From: Candidatus Bathyarchaeota archaeon
GTDB lineage: Archaea > Thermoproteota > Bathyarchaeia > TCS64
Length of the DNA: 64,000 bases
Assembly (NCBI GenBank): GCA_963771885.1
Contig: CAVYVF010000002.1
Span: 224,001-288,000, forward strand
Direction: 5' to 3'
Below are positions 50,924 through 59,938 of the stretch, piece by piece. Within the stretch, counting starts at the first letter, position 1; each line of letters opens with the position of its first letter. The translations under genes were made by a program, and so were the position numbers. The notes beneath the pieces were generated by a model, which was given only the letters and a program-made list of their open reading frames with translations, did no database searches and was not told the DNA's origin.

Positions 50924-51901
50924 TTACTCTGTGTAGACGCCGCCTATTGGGGCTCTGCTGGCTCTCCAGTCGGCGCCTGCTGAGTCCTTCTTCACCCTGA
51001 TGTACATGGAGACTTTGGTGGCGAGGGCGTCGGCACCGGCGACGACGACCGCCTCTGGGGTTCTCGGGTAGAACTCGACCTCCTGCTTGTCTCTCTCCTG
51101 GTGGCTCAGGATGGCGTTGAGGAGTTTGACTCTAGTCGCGTCGGGGAAGCCGGGTATCGCGTCGATCTTCCTAGACACCGTCTCGGCGGAGAGGTAAGCG
51201 TGTCCTAGCATGAAGCCCTCCCTGCTCTCAGACATCCCTAGGGGGTCCACGTTCTCACGCAGCACACCCACGTCGTGCAGGAAGGCAGCGGCGTACAAGA
51301 GGTTTCTGTCTAGTGAGGGGTGTATCCTGCAGGCCTGCTCGCAGTACTGGAGCACTTCCCACGTGTGTTCGAGGAGGCCGCCCGCGCATGAGTGGTGGAA
51401 CATGCGTGCTCCGTAGTAGAGTTTGAACCTCTTTGCGAAGGCTGCGTCTCCTGTGAATGAGTCGACGAGTGCCTTGAGATGAGTGTTCGAGATTGTGGAG
51501 AGGAGTGCTGTGGCATATCCCCACATCTGATCCACGTCCTGGTTCGTCTTGGTGACGAAGTTGGAGATGTCGTATTCACCCTCGGCGGCGGGACGAATCG
51601 AACCTCCGTCCCTGCTGCTCACGACTAACTGAGGGAAGCCGAGATGCGTGTTCTTGACGCCGACGATGTGGACGATCGAGCCAAGCCCTATCGTCTCGTC
51701 AAGTAGCTTGCAGTCTATCGTCGAGCCGCTGAAGGCTACGAACTTTATCTCTCCAGAGTTGTCACCGAGGTCTCCGGCGAATATCTCGCCCTTACCGGTG
51801 GCGATGACCCTGCGGGACTTGGTCCTGCACTGTAGGAACGCCTCGACGGGTGTGCCGTCGGGTAATGCTTTGATCTCTGCGCAGTTCAATGCTTTCAACA
51901 A
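50924..51901 (-). CDS. YhaM-like OB + HD domain 3'-5' exonuclease
   Basis: HHSCAGGLLEHT, LHDVG, GH, ILSH, PRTPEA. Confidence 0.78.
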   Translation of the reverse strand: MLKALNCAEIKALPDGTPVEAFLQCRTKSRRVIATGKGEIFAGDLGDNSGEIKFVAFSGSTIDCKLLDETIGLGSIVHIVGVKNTHLGFPQLVVSSRDGGSIRPAAEGEYDISNFVTKTNQDVDQMWGYATALLSTISNTHLKALVDSFTGDAAFAKRFKLYYGARMFHHSCAGGLLEHTWEVLQYCEQACRIHPSLDRNLLYAAAFLHDVGVLRENVDPLGMSESREGFMLGHAYLSAETVSRKIDAIPGFPDATRVKLLNAILSHQERDKQEVEFYPRTPEAVVVAGADALATKVSMYIRVKKDSAGADWRASRAPIGGVYTE

Positions 51902-51944
51902 AACCTATTGCCCCTCGTATTTAGAAGATTGCCCCGGCGGATGG

Positions 51945-53165
51945 TCAGTGGGCCCTTTGCTTCGGCGCTATACCGTAGGTCTCCTTCATCGTGGCGGCGA
52001 GGATTATGACCGTGACGAGGCCGAGGACTATGCAGATGAGGTTGGGAAAGAGGTAACTCCCTGTCACGTCGACGAGGCTACCGTATATGGGGGTTGCGAG
52101 GCTCGACAGAATTGTGCTGAGGCCGTTCATCATGCCCAGTCCGATGCCGGCCCTCTCGGTCGGGAGTACCTCGCTAACTATACTGAAGAAGAGCATCCAG
52201 ACGCTGCCGGCGATGCCCATCAGGAACCAGACTGCGGCATAAATTGGGAGGCCGAGCCCCGCCGGGAGGTAGACGAGGACGACAAGCAGGAGCAGGTTCA
52301 GCCCGAGGAAAAGTATCACGGGGAACTTTCTCTTCTTTAGCCTGTCGCTCACGACTCCGATGAGCAGGCAGCCGATGAAGCCAGCGACTGTGCCTATACT
52401 GCTTACAATGCCCGCCTCTACGTAGGGGAGTGCCTTGTCCTCGACGAGGTACTGGGTTATCCAGGAGTAGAGGACGAACGTGAATCCCATCATCATGAAT
52501 CCTATGAGTGGTGGGTAGAACTCCCGCGTATGCAGCACGTCCTTGATAGAGCCTACTACGTCTATCTTCGTCTTCTGGGGTGCCACTGCCTCGGTCGGAC
52601 CATCTTTTATGACGAAAAAGTTCATCCCCCAGTTGATGACGAGAACGCCGAGCATCACTAGGTAGAGTGTTCTCCAGTCGCCCCAGAGGGTGACCGCAAG
52701 CGGGAGCCCCATGTAGCTTGCGAAGGCCCCGACTCCACTGCTCGCGCTGAGGACGCCTATGGCGGTAGCCCTCTTGTTCAGAGGAAACCACCGGCTGATC
52801 AGCGTAACCGCATTTATGTAGAAAACGCTCGTGCCGACGCCCATTATGAACTGGGCTGCGAAGAGCAACTCGTAGCGGTAGCTCATCCAGAAGAGTACGC
52901 TGCCGACGCATGTGAGGGCGGTGAACCAGACGATGGAGCGGCGGGGACCCAATGTGCTGGCGAGGAAGCCAGCAGGGAACTGCATTACGCCGTATATGAG
53001 GAAGTATCCTGTGATCAGGAAGCCCATGGCGCCGCGTGTGATGGCGAGCTCCTCGATGAGCACCGGTGTCAGGGCCGAGGCAGCGCTCCTCAGGAAGTTC
53101 TCGACGAGGTATGTGACGCTGATTGTGGCGAGAATCGCTAGGCCGATCTGTCTCTCTTTCTCCAA
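51945..53165 (-). CDS. MFS transporter
   Basis: About 12 hydrophobic segments; SRWFP..KRATA, SDRLKKRK. Confidence 0.9.
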   Translation of the reverse strand: MEKERQIGLAILATISVTYLVENFLRSAASALTPVLIEELAITRGAMGFLITGYFLIYGVMQFPAGFLASTLGPRRSIVWFTALTCVGSVLFWMSYRYELLFAAQFIMGVGTSVFYINAVTLISRWFPLNKRATAIGVLSASSGVGAFASYMGLPLAVTLWGDWRTLYLVMLGVLVINWGMNFFVIKDGPTEAVAPQKTKIDVVGSIKDVLHTREFYPPLIGFMMMGFTFVLYSWITQYLVEDKALPYVEAGIVSSIGTVAGFIGCLLIGVVSDRLKKRKFPVILFLGLNLLLLVVLVYLPAGLGLPIYAAVWFLMGIAGSVWMLFFSIVSEVLPTERAGIGLGMMNGLSTILSSLATPIYGSLVDVTGSYLFPNLICIVLGLVTVIILAATMKETYGIAPKQRAH

Positions 53166-53260
53166 GCGGCTTACACTCTGACGGTGTTACTCGCATCTAG
53201 GATAAAAACTGAGTATGTCGTGTGCTTGTGCTTATTACTGCAGTTGAACCTTACTTTAGT

Positions 53261-54158
53261 ATGGTTGTGATAGAGCGCGTCTGTGTCTTCGGGGCGGGTA
53301 CCCTCGGCTGGCAGATAGCCCTTCAGTGTGCGAGCTATGCACACCCCGTGAACCTGTACGACATTTCACCCGAGGCTCTCAAAATCGCCGAGTCGAACAT
53401 CTCGAAAGAGGTTGAATCATGGGTTACGGCTGGTAATGCATCAGTCGAAACAAAGGATAACCCACTTCAGTGGGTGAGGTTCGAGCCGGACGTGAATAGG
53501 GCTGTAAAGGGGGTTGACTTGGTTATCGAGGCTGTCCCTGAGAAGTTGGAGCTGAAGAGAAGGGTCTTCAAAGAACTCGACGCCGCGTGCGACTCACACA
53601 CGATCATATCCACAAACAGTTCGTCGATCCGAGTCTCCCTCATTGAGGATGCGACACAGAGGATGGATCAGGTCCTTAACACCCACTTCTACTCAAATCC
53701 GTGGAGGAGCCATATCGTCGAGCTGATGAGGGGAAGCCAGACATCCGACGAGTACGATGACCCGCGTCGGGGTCTTCATGAGGTCAATAGATATGCTGCC
53801 TCTTGTGGTGAGGAAGGAGAGCACAGGCTTCATCTTCAACAGGGTGTGGCGCGCCGTGAAGAGAGAGTGTCTCCACCTCGTCGACGACGGCGTGGCGTCC
53901 TACGAGGACGTCGACAGGGCATGGATGAGCTACTACGGCACAAATATGGGTCCATTCGGGTTGATGGATAAGGTTGGGCTCGACGTCGTCAGGGATATCG
54001 AGAACGTATACTACGGCGAATCCGGCGACCCTCGGGACGCGCCGCCGATGCTGCTCCTCAACAAGATAGAGAAGGGCGAGCTCGGGGTCAAAACGGGGAA
54101 GGGATTCTACTCGTACCCGAACCCAGCGTTCCTCGACCCAAACTTCATAGAGCCATAA
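53261..54158 (+). CDS. 3-hydroxyacyl-CoA dehydrogenase family (frameshift near 53753)
   Basis: GAGTLG, EAVPE, TNSS, GFIFNR, GPFGLMD.VGLD, GVKTGKGFY. Confidence 0.87.
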
Positions 54159-55124
54159 CTAAGTGGGGCTCATCCCACGTGTTTTTTTGCGGGACCTCAG
54201 TATGTCGACCATGAGCCCGTCTCGCCACTCCTCGAGCTCGTCGTAGCTGAGGTTTTTTACCGATGGCAACTCGTGCACTCCCTCTATCGCCTTCTGCACT
54301 GCAGATTCGGGGGTCTCCGTCCACTTCGCCATCGTCTCCAGCCACTTAGCCTTCGAGACGTCGATGTGCTTCAACAGGTACTCGATGCCGCCCCTGCCGC
54401 CTCCGAGGTGGTACGTGAGGTAGGGTCCCATTATGGCCCACCTGAGACCGGGGCCGTTCACGATCGCCTTGTCCACGTCTTCGACGGAGGCGACCCCCAT
54501 GTCCACGAGGTTGAGGGCTTCGCGCCAGAGTGCTGCTGACAGCCTGTTTGCTATGAAGCCGGGGACCTCCTTCTTCAGAACGACGGGGACTTTCCCTATG
54601 TCCTCCATGAGTCTGAATGTCGTCTTGACGGTCTCAGGGGATGTAAGGTTGCCCGGTGAGAGCTCCACAAGTGGGACCAGGTAGGATGGGTTCCACGGGT
54701 GTGAGACAATGCAGCGTTCAGGATGCCTACTAGCGGCCTTCTGTATCTCAGACATCATGAGGCCGGAGGAGCTGCTAGACAGTATGACGCGTCGATCTGC
54801 GGCCTTGTCCATCTTGTCGTAGACATCCTTCTTCACGGGGTAGCTTTCGAAGACCGACTCTTGGACGAAGTCGGCGCCACTCACCGCCTCTGTCATGTTC
54901 GTCGTCGCGCTCAGTCGCTTGGTTGCCTTCTCGGCGCCTTTCGCGAGCCCAGCTTCCTCGAGGAAGCGCATCTTGACCTCAACCCTTTCCAAGGCATCCC
55001 CGAGAACCTTCTCGTTCACGTCGACGAGTGTGACATTATAGTCCGCGAGGGCGAATAGGCTGGCCCAACCCTGGCCTACGAGGCCGCTCCCGACGCAGGT
55101 AACCCTCTTTATTCCTTCGATCAA
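54159..55124 (-). CDS. L-carnitine dehydrogenase / L-gulonate 3-dehydrogenase-like protein
   Basis: GSGLVGQGWA, QESVFE, SSSSG, HPWNPSYLVPLVE, GPGLRWA..GP. Confidence 0.8.
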   Translation of the reverse strand: MIEGIKRVTCVGSGLVGQGWASLFALADYNVTLVDVNEKVLGDALERVEVKMRFLEEAGLAKGAEKATKRLSATTNMTEAVSGADFVQESVFESYPVKKDVYDKMDKAADRRVILSSSSSGLMMSEIQKAASRHPERCIVSHPWNPSYLVPLVELSPGNLTSPETVKTTFRLMEDIGKVPVVLKKEVPGFIANRLSAALWREALNLVDMGVASVEDVDKAIVNGPGLRWAIMGPYLTYHLGGGRGGIEYLLKHIDVSKAKWLETMAKWTETPESAVQKAIEGVHELPSVKNLSYDELEEWRDGLMVDILRSRKKTRGMSPT

Positions 55125-55138
55125 CTGTGATAACTCTC

Positions 55139-55999
55139 CTACGGCTTCTTTAGGCCGAGGAGCTTCCTAGCCTCGGTGGGGTCGGCGATTGGTCTCTCGA
55201 GTTCCTTGGCTATATTTGCCATCTTTTTGACGAGGTCAGCGTTGCTCTTGGCGAGTTCCCCCTTTCGGATGAAGACGTTGTCCTCGAATCCGACCCGTAC
55301 GTGGCCTCCCTGTATCATTGCGGCTGTGCACATGGGTATCTCGTTCCTGCCGAGGGCGCAGACGCTCCACGTCCAAGTTGAGGGTATCTGGTCGAGGCTG
55401 TAGATGAGGCTCTTCATCGTCGGCAGGAAGCCCGTCCTCCCAACCATGACGAGTTGGATGTGCAGGGGCTCGGGGACGATCTTCTTCTCGGCGATCTTCA
55501 CGCAGGTGTTGATCATGCCAGTGTCATAGACCTCGTGCTCGGGCTTGACCCCCGCCTCATGCATATAGCCGCACCACCTCTCGATCATAGGTACGGTGTT
55601 TAGGAAGACATCCCCTGTGGGGTGGTCTGCCCACCTGTTGATGGTTCCCATGTTGAGGCTCATCATCTCCTCCCCGAGGAGGCACTTCTCCCTCACGAGG
55701 CGGTCCCAGACCTCCACCGGGTTCCCTACCCTGCCTCCGCCGGTGGTGACGTTTATGACGACGTCGATCCTGTCGCGGATGGCTTCGATGTACTTCTTTA
55801 GAACTGGGTTGGGGTCTCCCGAGTACGCTTCCCCGGTCTCGGGGTCTTTTGCATGCAGGTGCACTATGGATGCCCCCGCCTCGACGCTCTTCACTACTTC
55901 TTCCACCATCTCGTCGACAGTCTTGGGAACGTAGGGCGTATCCTTCCTTGAGACATACTCGCCGCCCGATACGGCTGCCGTGATGATCAGTTTCTCCAA
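55139..55999 (-). CDS. Beta-keto acid cleavage enzyme (BKACE/DUF849)
   Basis: IITAAVSG, AGASIVHLHAK, SLNMG, KPEHEVYD, HVRVGFEDN. Confidence 0.9.
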   Translation of the reverse strand: MEKLIITAAVSGGEYVSRKDTPYVPKTVDEMVEEVVKSVEAGASIVHLHAKDPETGEAYSGDPNPVLKKYIEAIRDRIDVVINVTTGGGRVGNPVEVWDRLVREKCLLGEEMMSLNMGTINRWADHPTGDVFLNTVPMIERWCGYMHEAGVKPEHEVYDTGMINTCVKIAEKKIVPEPLHIQLVMVGRTGFLPTMKSLIYSLDQIPSTWTWSVCALGRNEIPMCTAAMIQGGHVRVGFEDNVFIRKGELAKSNADLVKKMANIAKELERPIADPTEARKLLGLKKP

Positions 56000-56083
56000 G
56001 CAAACACCTAGCTAAGAGAACAGGTCAATCTTGTAATAGAATTTTTCAGTCAATCGAGCGTAGAACAAGAAAAAAGATGTAAT

Positions 56084-57313
56084 CTAGGAAGATGCCTTCT
56101 TCGCCTTCGTTAGAACCTCGTAGGCGGTGAGGCACATCGCCTTGGAGCAGGTGACCATCTCGTCGATCCTGACGTGCTTCTCGACCTCGTCGGGGTAGCC
56201 ACGTGGGCCGTATAGGCAGCACTCTATACCTGCCTTGGCGAGGTGGGCGGTGTCGTTGCCGCAGTAGCTTCTCGGCGGGACGGCTCCGATCTTCTCTGGG
56301 TACTTGCCGGTGACTTTCATGTGGTTCTCCTTTAGGAGCCTGACGACCTCGCTGCTTGTGCTCACGCCCATGGGGGGCATGACCATTCCCCCGACGCGCC
56401 ACTTGGGGTCGATAGGGTACTCGAACTCGTATTTGAACTCGGGGTCATCCTTCTTTATATCCTCGAGCATCGCCACCATGCGCGCGTTGATCTCCTCGAT
56501 CTCGTAGCCCGGCGGGTAGCGGAAGTCGACGATGATTGTGCAGAAGTCGGGGATGTTGTAGGGGCCGGCGAGGTCGTACTCACGGTTTCTGCCGCCGATG
56601 ATGCTTCCTGCCACCCATCTGGGTGCGCCGGGTAGGTCGGGGTCTCTTGCCTCGAACTTCATCTTGTCGAGCCTGTCGAGGACCTTCCGCATCTTCGTGA
56701 TGGCGTTAATGCTCTCCTCCATGCGGCTGATGTGCTCGCTGCGCCCGAGGGTGTGTACCGCGAAGTCGTGTACGCCGACGCACTTTGTGAGTATGTTGTC
56801 GACGCTGTAAGGCTCGGGGACTATTGCCATGTCGGTCCAAATACCCCGCTTTAAGGCGTGGACTGTGCCGACGCCTCCTTGGAGTTCTCCGACGACGCAC
56901 TCGACGACTAGGTCGCCGTGGAGCTTCGCTTTGCTCCTTTTGATGGCGAGTGCTGCGCACATCATTGCGGCGTCGCCGCTCTTCATGTTGTGTATGCCTG
57001 CGCCCCAGAGCCTGTTTCCCTCGACCTTGGGAACGTACGGGTCCCACTCCCACGATGCTGTGATTGGGTCGATGTCGAGGTGGCCGTTGAACATCATGCT
57101 CTTCCCGATGCCGTCCCCCTTGAGGCGGGCAACGACCTGGTTGCGCCCCGGCTCGACCTCCTGCAAAGTGACCTCGTCAAAGCCCTGGTCCTCGAACCAA
57201 TCCTTTGCGAACTTGACAGCCGGGCCTTCCTGCCGGGTGAGGCTAGGCTGGCGGATGAGGTCGCAGCCGAGCTCCACTATCTCCTCCTTCTTGAGGTAAT
57301 CGAGAACATTCAT
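56084..57313 (-). CDS. M20 family metallo-hydrolase (ArgE-like)
   Basis: FNGHLD, G..NMKSG, VVGE, YGP; some metal ligands are variant. Confidence 0.82.
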   Translation of the reverse strand: MNVLDYLKKEEIVELGCDLIRQPSLTRQEGPAVKFAKDWFEDQGFDEVTLQEVEPGRNQVVARLKGDGIGKSMMFNGHLDIDPITASWEWDPYVPKVEGNRLWGAGIHNMKSGDAAMMCAALAIKRSKAKLHGDLVVECVVGELQGGVGTVHALKRGIWTDMAIVPEPYSVDNILTKCVGVHDFAVHTLGRSEHISRMEESINAITKMRKVLDRLDKMKFEARDPDLPGAPRWVAGSIIGGRNREYDLAGPYNIPDFCTIIVDFRYPPGYEIEEINARMVAMLEDIKKDDPEFKYEFEYPIDPKWRVGGMVMPPMGVSTSSEVVRLLKENHMKVTGKYPEKIGAVPPRSYCGNDTAHLAKAGIECCLYGPRGYPDEVEKHVRIDEMVTCSKAMCLTAYEVLTKAKKASS

Positions 57314-57353
57314 CTTTTATCGGTGTATGGGCACCGCCACGCCCTTTTAGCCT

Positions 57354-57926
57354 TTAGGAGCTCGAGGCGATGAGCGGCTCGAAAAAGTCTTTCCACCTCT
57401 CCTCCCTAATTACCCGCTCTAGCGTCTCGCTGTAGATGCTGATCATGATTTGCTCCCTGTCACCGGTGTATTCATCATCCTTATGGAGCTCCGCCACCGC
57501 GGAGACGCGTGACGCGACGGCTTCCGCAAGCTCCTCAAGCTCCCCAGTGGTGAATGTGAAGCCTTTATGCGTGAGGTGGAAGACACTTAGCATCCCCCTG
57601 AGCCGTTCGAGGTGGGCATGGATGAAGTATCTTCGTTGGTCAGGAGGTGTTGAGTCCCAGTCCTCGACGAAGAGGAGCGCCGTCGGCTCGTAATACTTCT
57701 TCTTCGCGCCCCTCGCCCCTGCCTCGACGCGTTGTATCTTGATGAGCCCAACCTTGAGCAGTATCTGGAGGTGGTGGCTCACCGAAGGTTCCGTGAGGCT
57801 GGTCGCTACAGCGAGCTCCGTTTGTGTCACCGGCTTTTTTGAGATATATCTGATGAGCTGCCGCCTAGCGAGGTCGGCGAGTAGCCTGATGGTGTCGGGG
57901 TCGCATATCACCCTCACCGCTTGCAT
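57354..57926 (-). CDS. ArsR-family transcriptional regulator
   Basis: LLADLARRQL...TQTELA...VSHHLQILLKVGLI...KKYY. Confidence 0.8.
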   Translation of the reverse strand: MQAVRVICDPDTIRLLADLARRQLIRYISKKPVTQTELAVATSLTEPSVSHHLQILLKVGLIKIQRVEAGARGAKKKYYEPTALLFVEDWDSTPPDQRRYFIHAHLERLRGMLSVFHLTHKGFTFTTGELEELAEAVASRVSAVAELHKDDEYTGDREQIMISIYSETLERVIREERWKDFFEPLIASSS

Positions 57927-58002
57927 GGTGAATCGCCTATAAGTGGCTGGGTAAAGCATATAAAATGGTTAGACGCGTCTAACCTATCTGGGTGGTGGAT
58001 GT

Positions 58003-59217
58003 TTGGAGTCCGTCGTATCACTCATGGTCGCCCTCGCGGGCATGTTCTTTGCCTCATACATCCTCCACTTCCCCCTCGACCGATACAGGATGCCGACGCT
58101 CCTCGCCCCTCTCCTCGTGGGCTTCCTATTCCAGTTACTGCCGAACTCGGGTGTCTGGACGGGGCTTCCCGACACCGAGAGCTTCGCGGTCCTGTCGACG
58201 CTCGGTATCATGTTCCTCCTTCTCACCATTGGTGTTCAACTGGAGCCCAAGGCGATCATGAGCCTCGGGAGGCCGATACTCCTGATAAGCGCCTTGAATA
58301 TGGGCTTCTCCACGCTCCTAGGCTACATTGTTCTGACGTTGTTCGGCTACCCTCCCCTTGTCTCCCTTGTGGTTTCAACTGCCCTCGCGACTGTGGCGGA
58401 GACGACGATCGCGCCCATCTTAGACGAGCTCGGCGTTATCAAGTCCCGTGAGGCGAGCCTGATACTCTGTCCCGGCATAATCGACGATATCGCAGAGGTA
58501 ATACTCGCGTCGCTAGCATCTGTGATGGTGGGTGCGAGTGCAGCCGCCATTGACCCACTCTACATGGTTCTTGGGTTCGCACTTTTCGTCATCGTGGCTC
58601 TGCTACTAAACCAGTTGATCCTCCCACGGCTCGCCAAGTTCGAAGGTGCACCGAACGACAACCACCTGCTGCTGCTCCTCCTCTCATCGATCCTCACCCT
58701 CGTCGCTATCACGCAGAGCTTTGGCCTTGGCGTCCTCCTCGGCTCTATAGTGGCCGGGCTGAGCTTCCAGCGATTCCTGAAAAAACTGGATGCCGACAAG
58801 AGGGTGCTTATGATCCTTCGCGCCTTCAGCTACGGTTTCCTTGGCCCCATCTTCTTCTTCGGTGTTGGTCTTGATACGGGGCTCGGTAGCATGGCGTCGA
58901 GCCTACCACTGACCTTGCTCCTGCTCGTGGCCAACTTCATCGGTAAGTTCCTCTCCGCTTATGCTGTCGGAAGACTCATGGGGATGAACATGAAGAGCAT
59001 CCTTGTTGTCGGTCTAGGACTGAGCGCCAAGTTCAGCATGGGAATAATCCCCGTCCAGATCTTCTTCTCGGCGGGGATCATCGATGAGTTCGTCTTCAGC
59101 AGCTTCATAGCTGTTTCAACTATAACGACAATCATAATCCCCTTCAGCCTCGCCTACATAATCAACAGATGGAGAGGCGAGATATTTGCACACCAAGAAG
59201 GCTGCTTCGTGACTTAG
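58003..59217 (+). CDS. CPA2 cation:proton antiporter
   Basis: Multi-TM; IIDD, PIFFFGVG, GK. Confidence 0.85.
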   Translation: MESVVSLMVALAGMFFASYILHFPLDRYRMPTLLAPLLVGFLFQLLPNSGVWTGLPDTESFAVLSTLGIMFLLLTIGVQLEPKAIMSLGRPILLISALNMGFSTLLGYIVLTLFGYPPLVSLVVSTALATVAETTIAPILDELGVIKSREASLILCPGIIDDIAEVILASLASVMVGASAAAIDPLYMVLGFALFVIVALLLNQLILPRLAKFEGAPNDNHLLLLLLSSILTLVAITQSFGLGVLLGSIVAGLSFQRFLKKLDADKRVLMILRAFSYGFLGPIFFFGVGLDTGLGSMASSLPLTLLLLVANFIGKFLSAYAVGRLMGMNMKSILVVGLGLSAKFSMGIIPVQIFFSAGIIDEFVFSSFIAVSTITTIIIPFSLAYIINRWRGEIFAHQEGCFVT

Positions 59218-59307
59218 GCTTCGCGGCTAACCATTCGCGCGCACTGATCTAGTCGCCAAATTGAAGGTTGAGGTATGGACGGAGACAGAGGCGCGCGTGC
59301 TTAAGGT

Positions 59308-59892
59308 TCACCGCATCACCCCACCATACGCCTTGGCGAGGAACTCCTTTGGATCGTACTGCATAGAGAAGTCGAACTTACCAGACGCCGTCGTGAACTC
59401 GATGTAGTAGGTCTCGACGCCGCTCTCGTCGTCAGTCACTTCGTTGACCCTGACGTTGCTTATAGAGACGTTATCTACCGCCCAGTTGCCCTGCGTCTCT
59501 GCGAGGGCATATTCGGGTGTCTTATCCTCGTACCAGTCGGTATAGGTGTTGAATCCCTGCATCTGTGCCTTCCACTTGCCGAAGAAGCCCTTGCCCTCAG
59601 CCTCCGCGTTGGCGCGGCGCTTTTTGATGGTCTCGTTCATTATCTGCTGAGTCAGCTTGGCGAAGATGCTACGCCTATCGGTGACGATGAGGTTATAGGT
59701 ATCCGTCCTCCCGAGGGACTTGGACTTCATCAGGTTTGGAATTATCACCTTGATTGTTTCTTGGGCTGGCTGCGGCGCGTAGGCGGCTGGGCGCTGCTGC
59801 GGTGACGCGACTAGTTCGAGCCTCTGCCCACAGTTGGGACAGAACTTGTTCTCTGGCTTCACGGGTGTACCGCACTCTGGGCAGAATGGCAT
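59308..59892 (-). CDS. Zinc-ribbon domain protein
   Basis: FCPECG...FCPNCG, then a P/Q-rich linker and a globular domain. Confidence 0.75.
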   Translation of the reverse strand: MPFCPECGTPVKPENKFCPNCGQRLELVASPQQRPAAYAPQPAQETIKVIIPNLMKSKSLGRTDTYNLIVTDRRSIFAKLTQQIMNETIKKRRANAEAEGKGFFGKWKAQMQGFNTYTDWYEDKTPEYALAETQGNWAVDNVSISNVRVNEVTDDESGVETYYIEFTTASGKFDFSMQYDPKEFLAKAYGGVMR

Positions 59893-59938
59893 ACATTCAC
59901 TCAGCCGCGGCGGTTTAATAAACTCATTTTCCAATACC

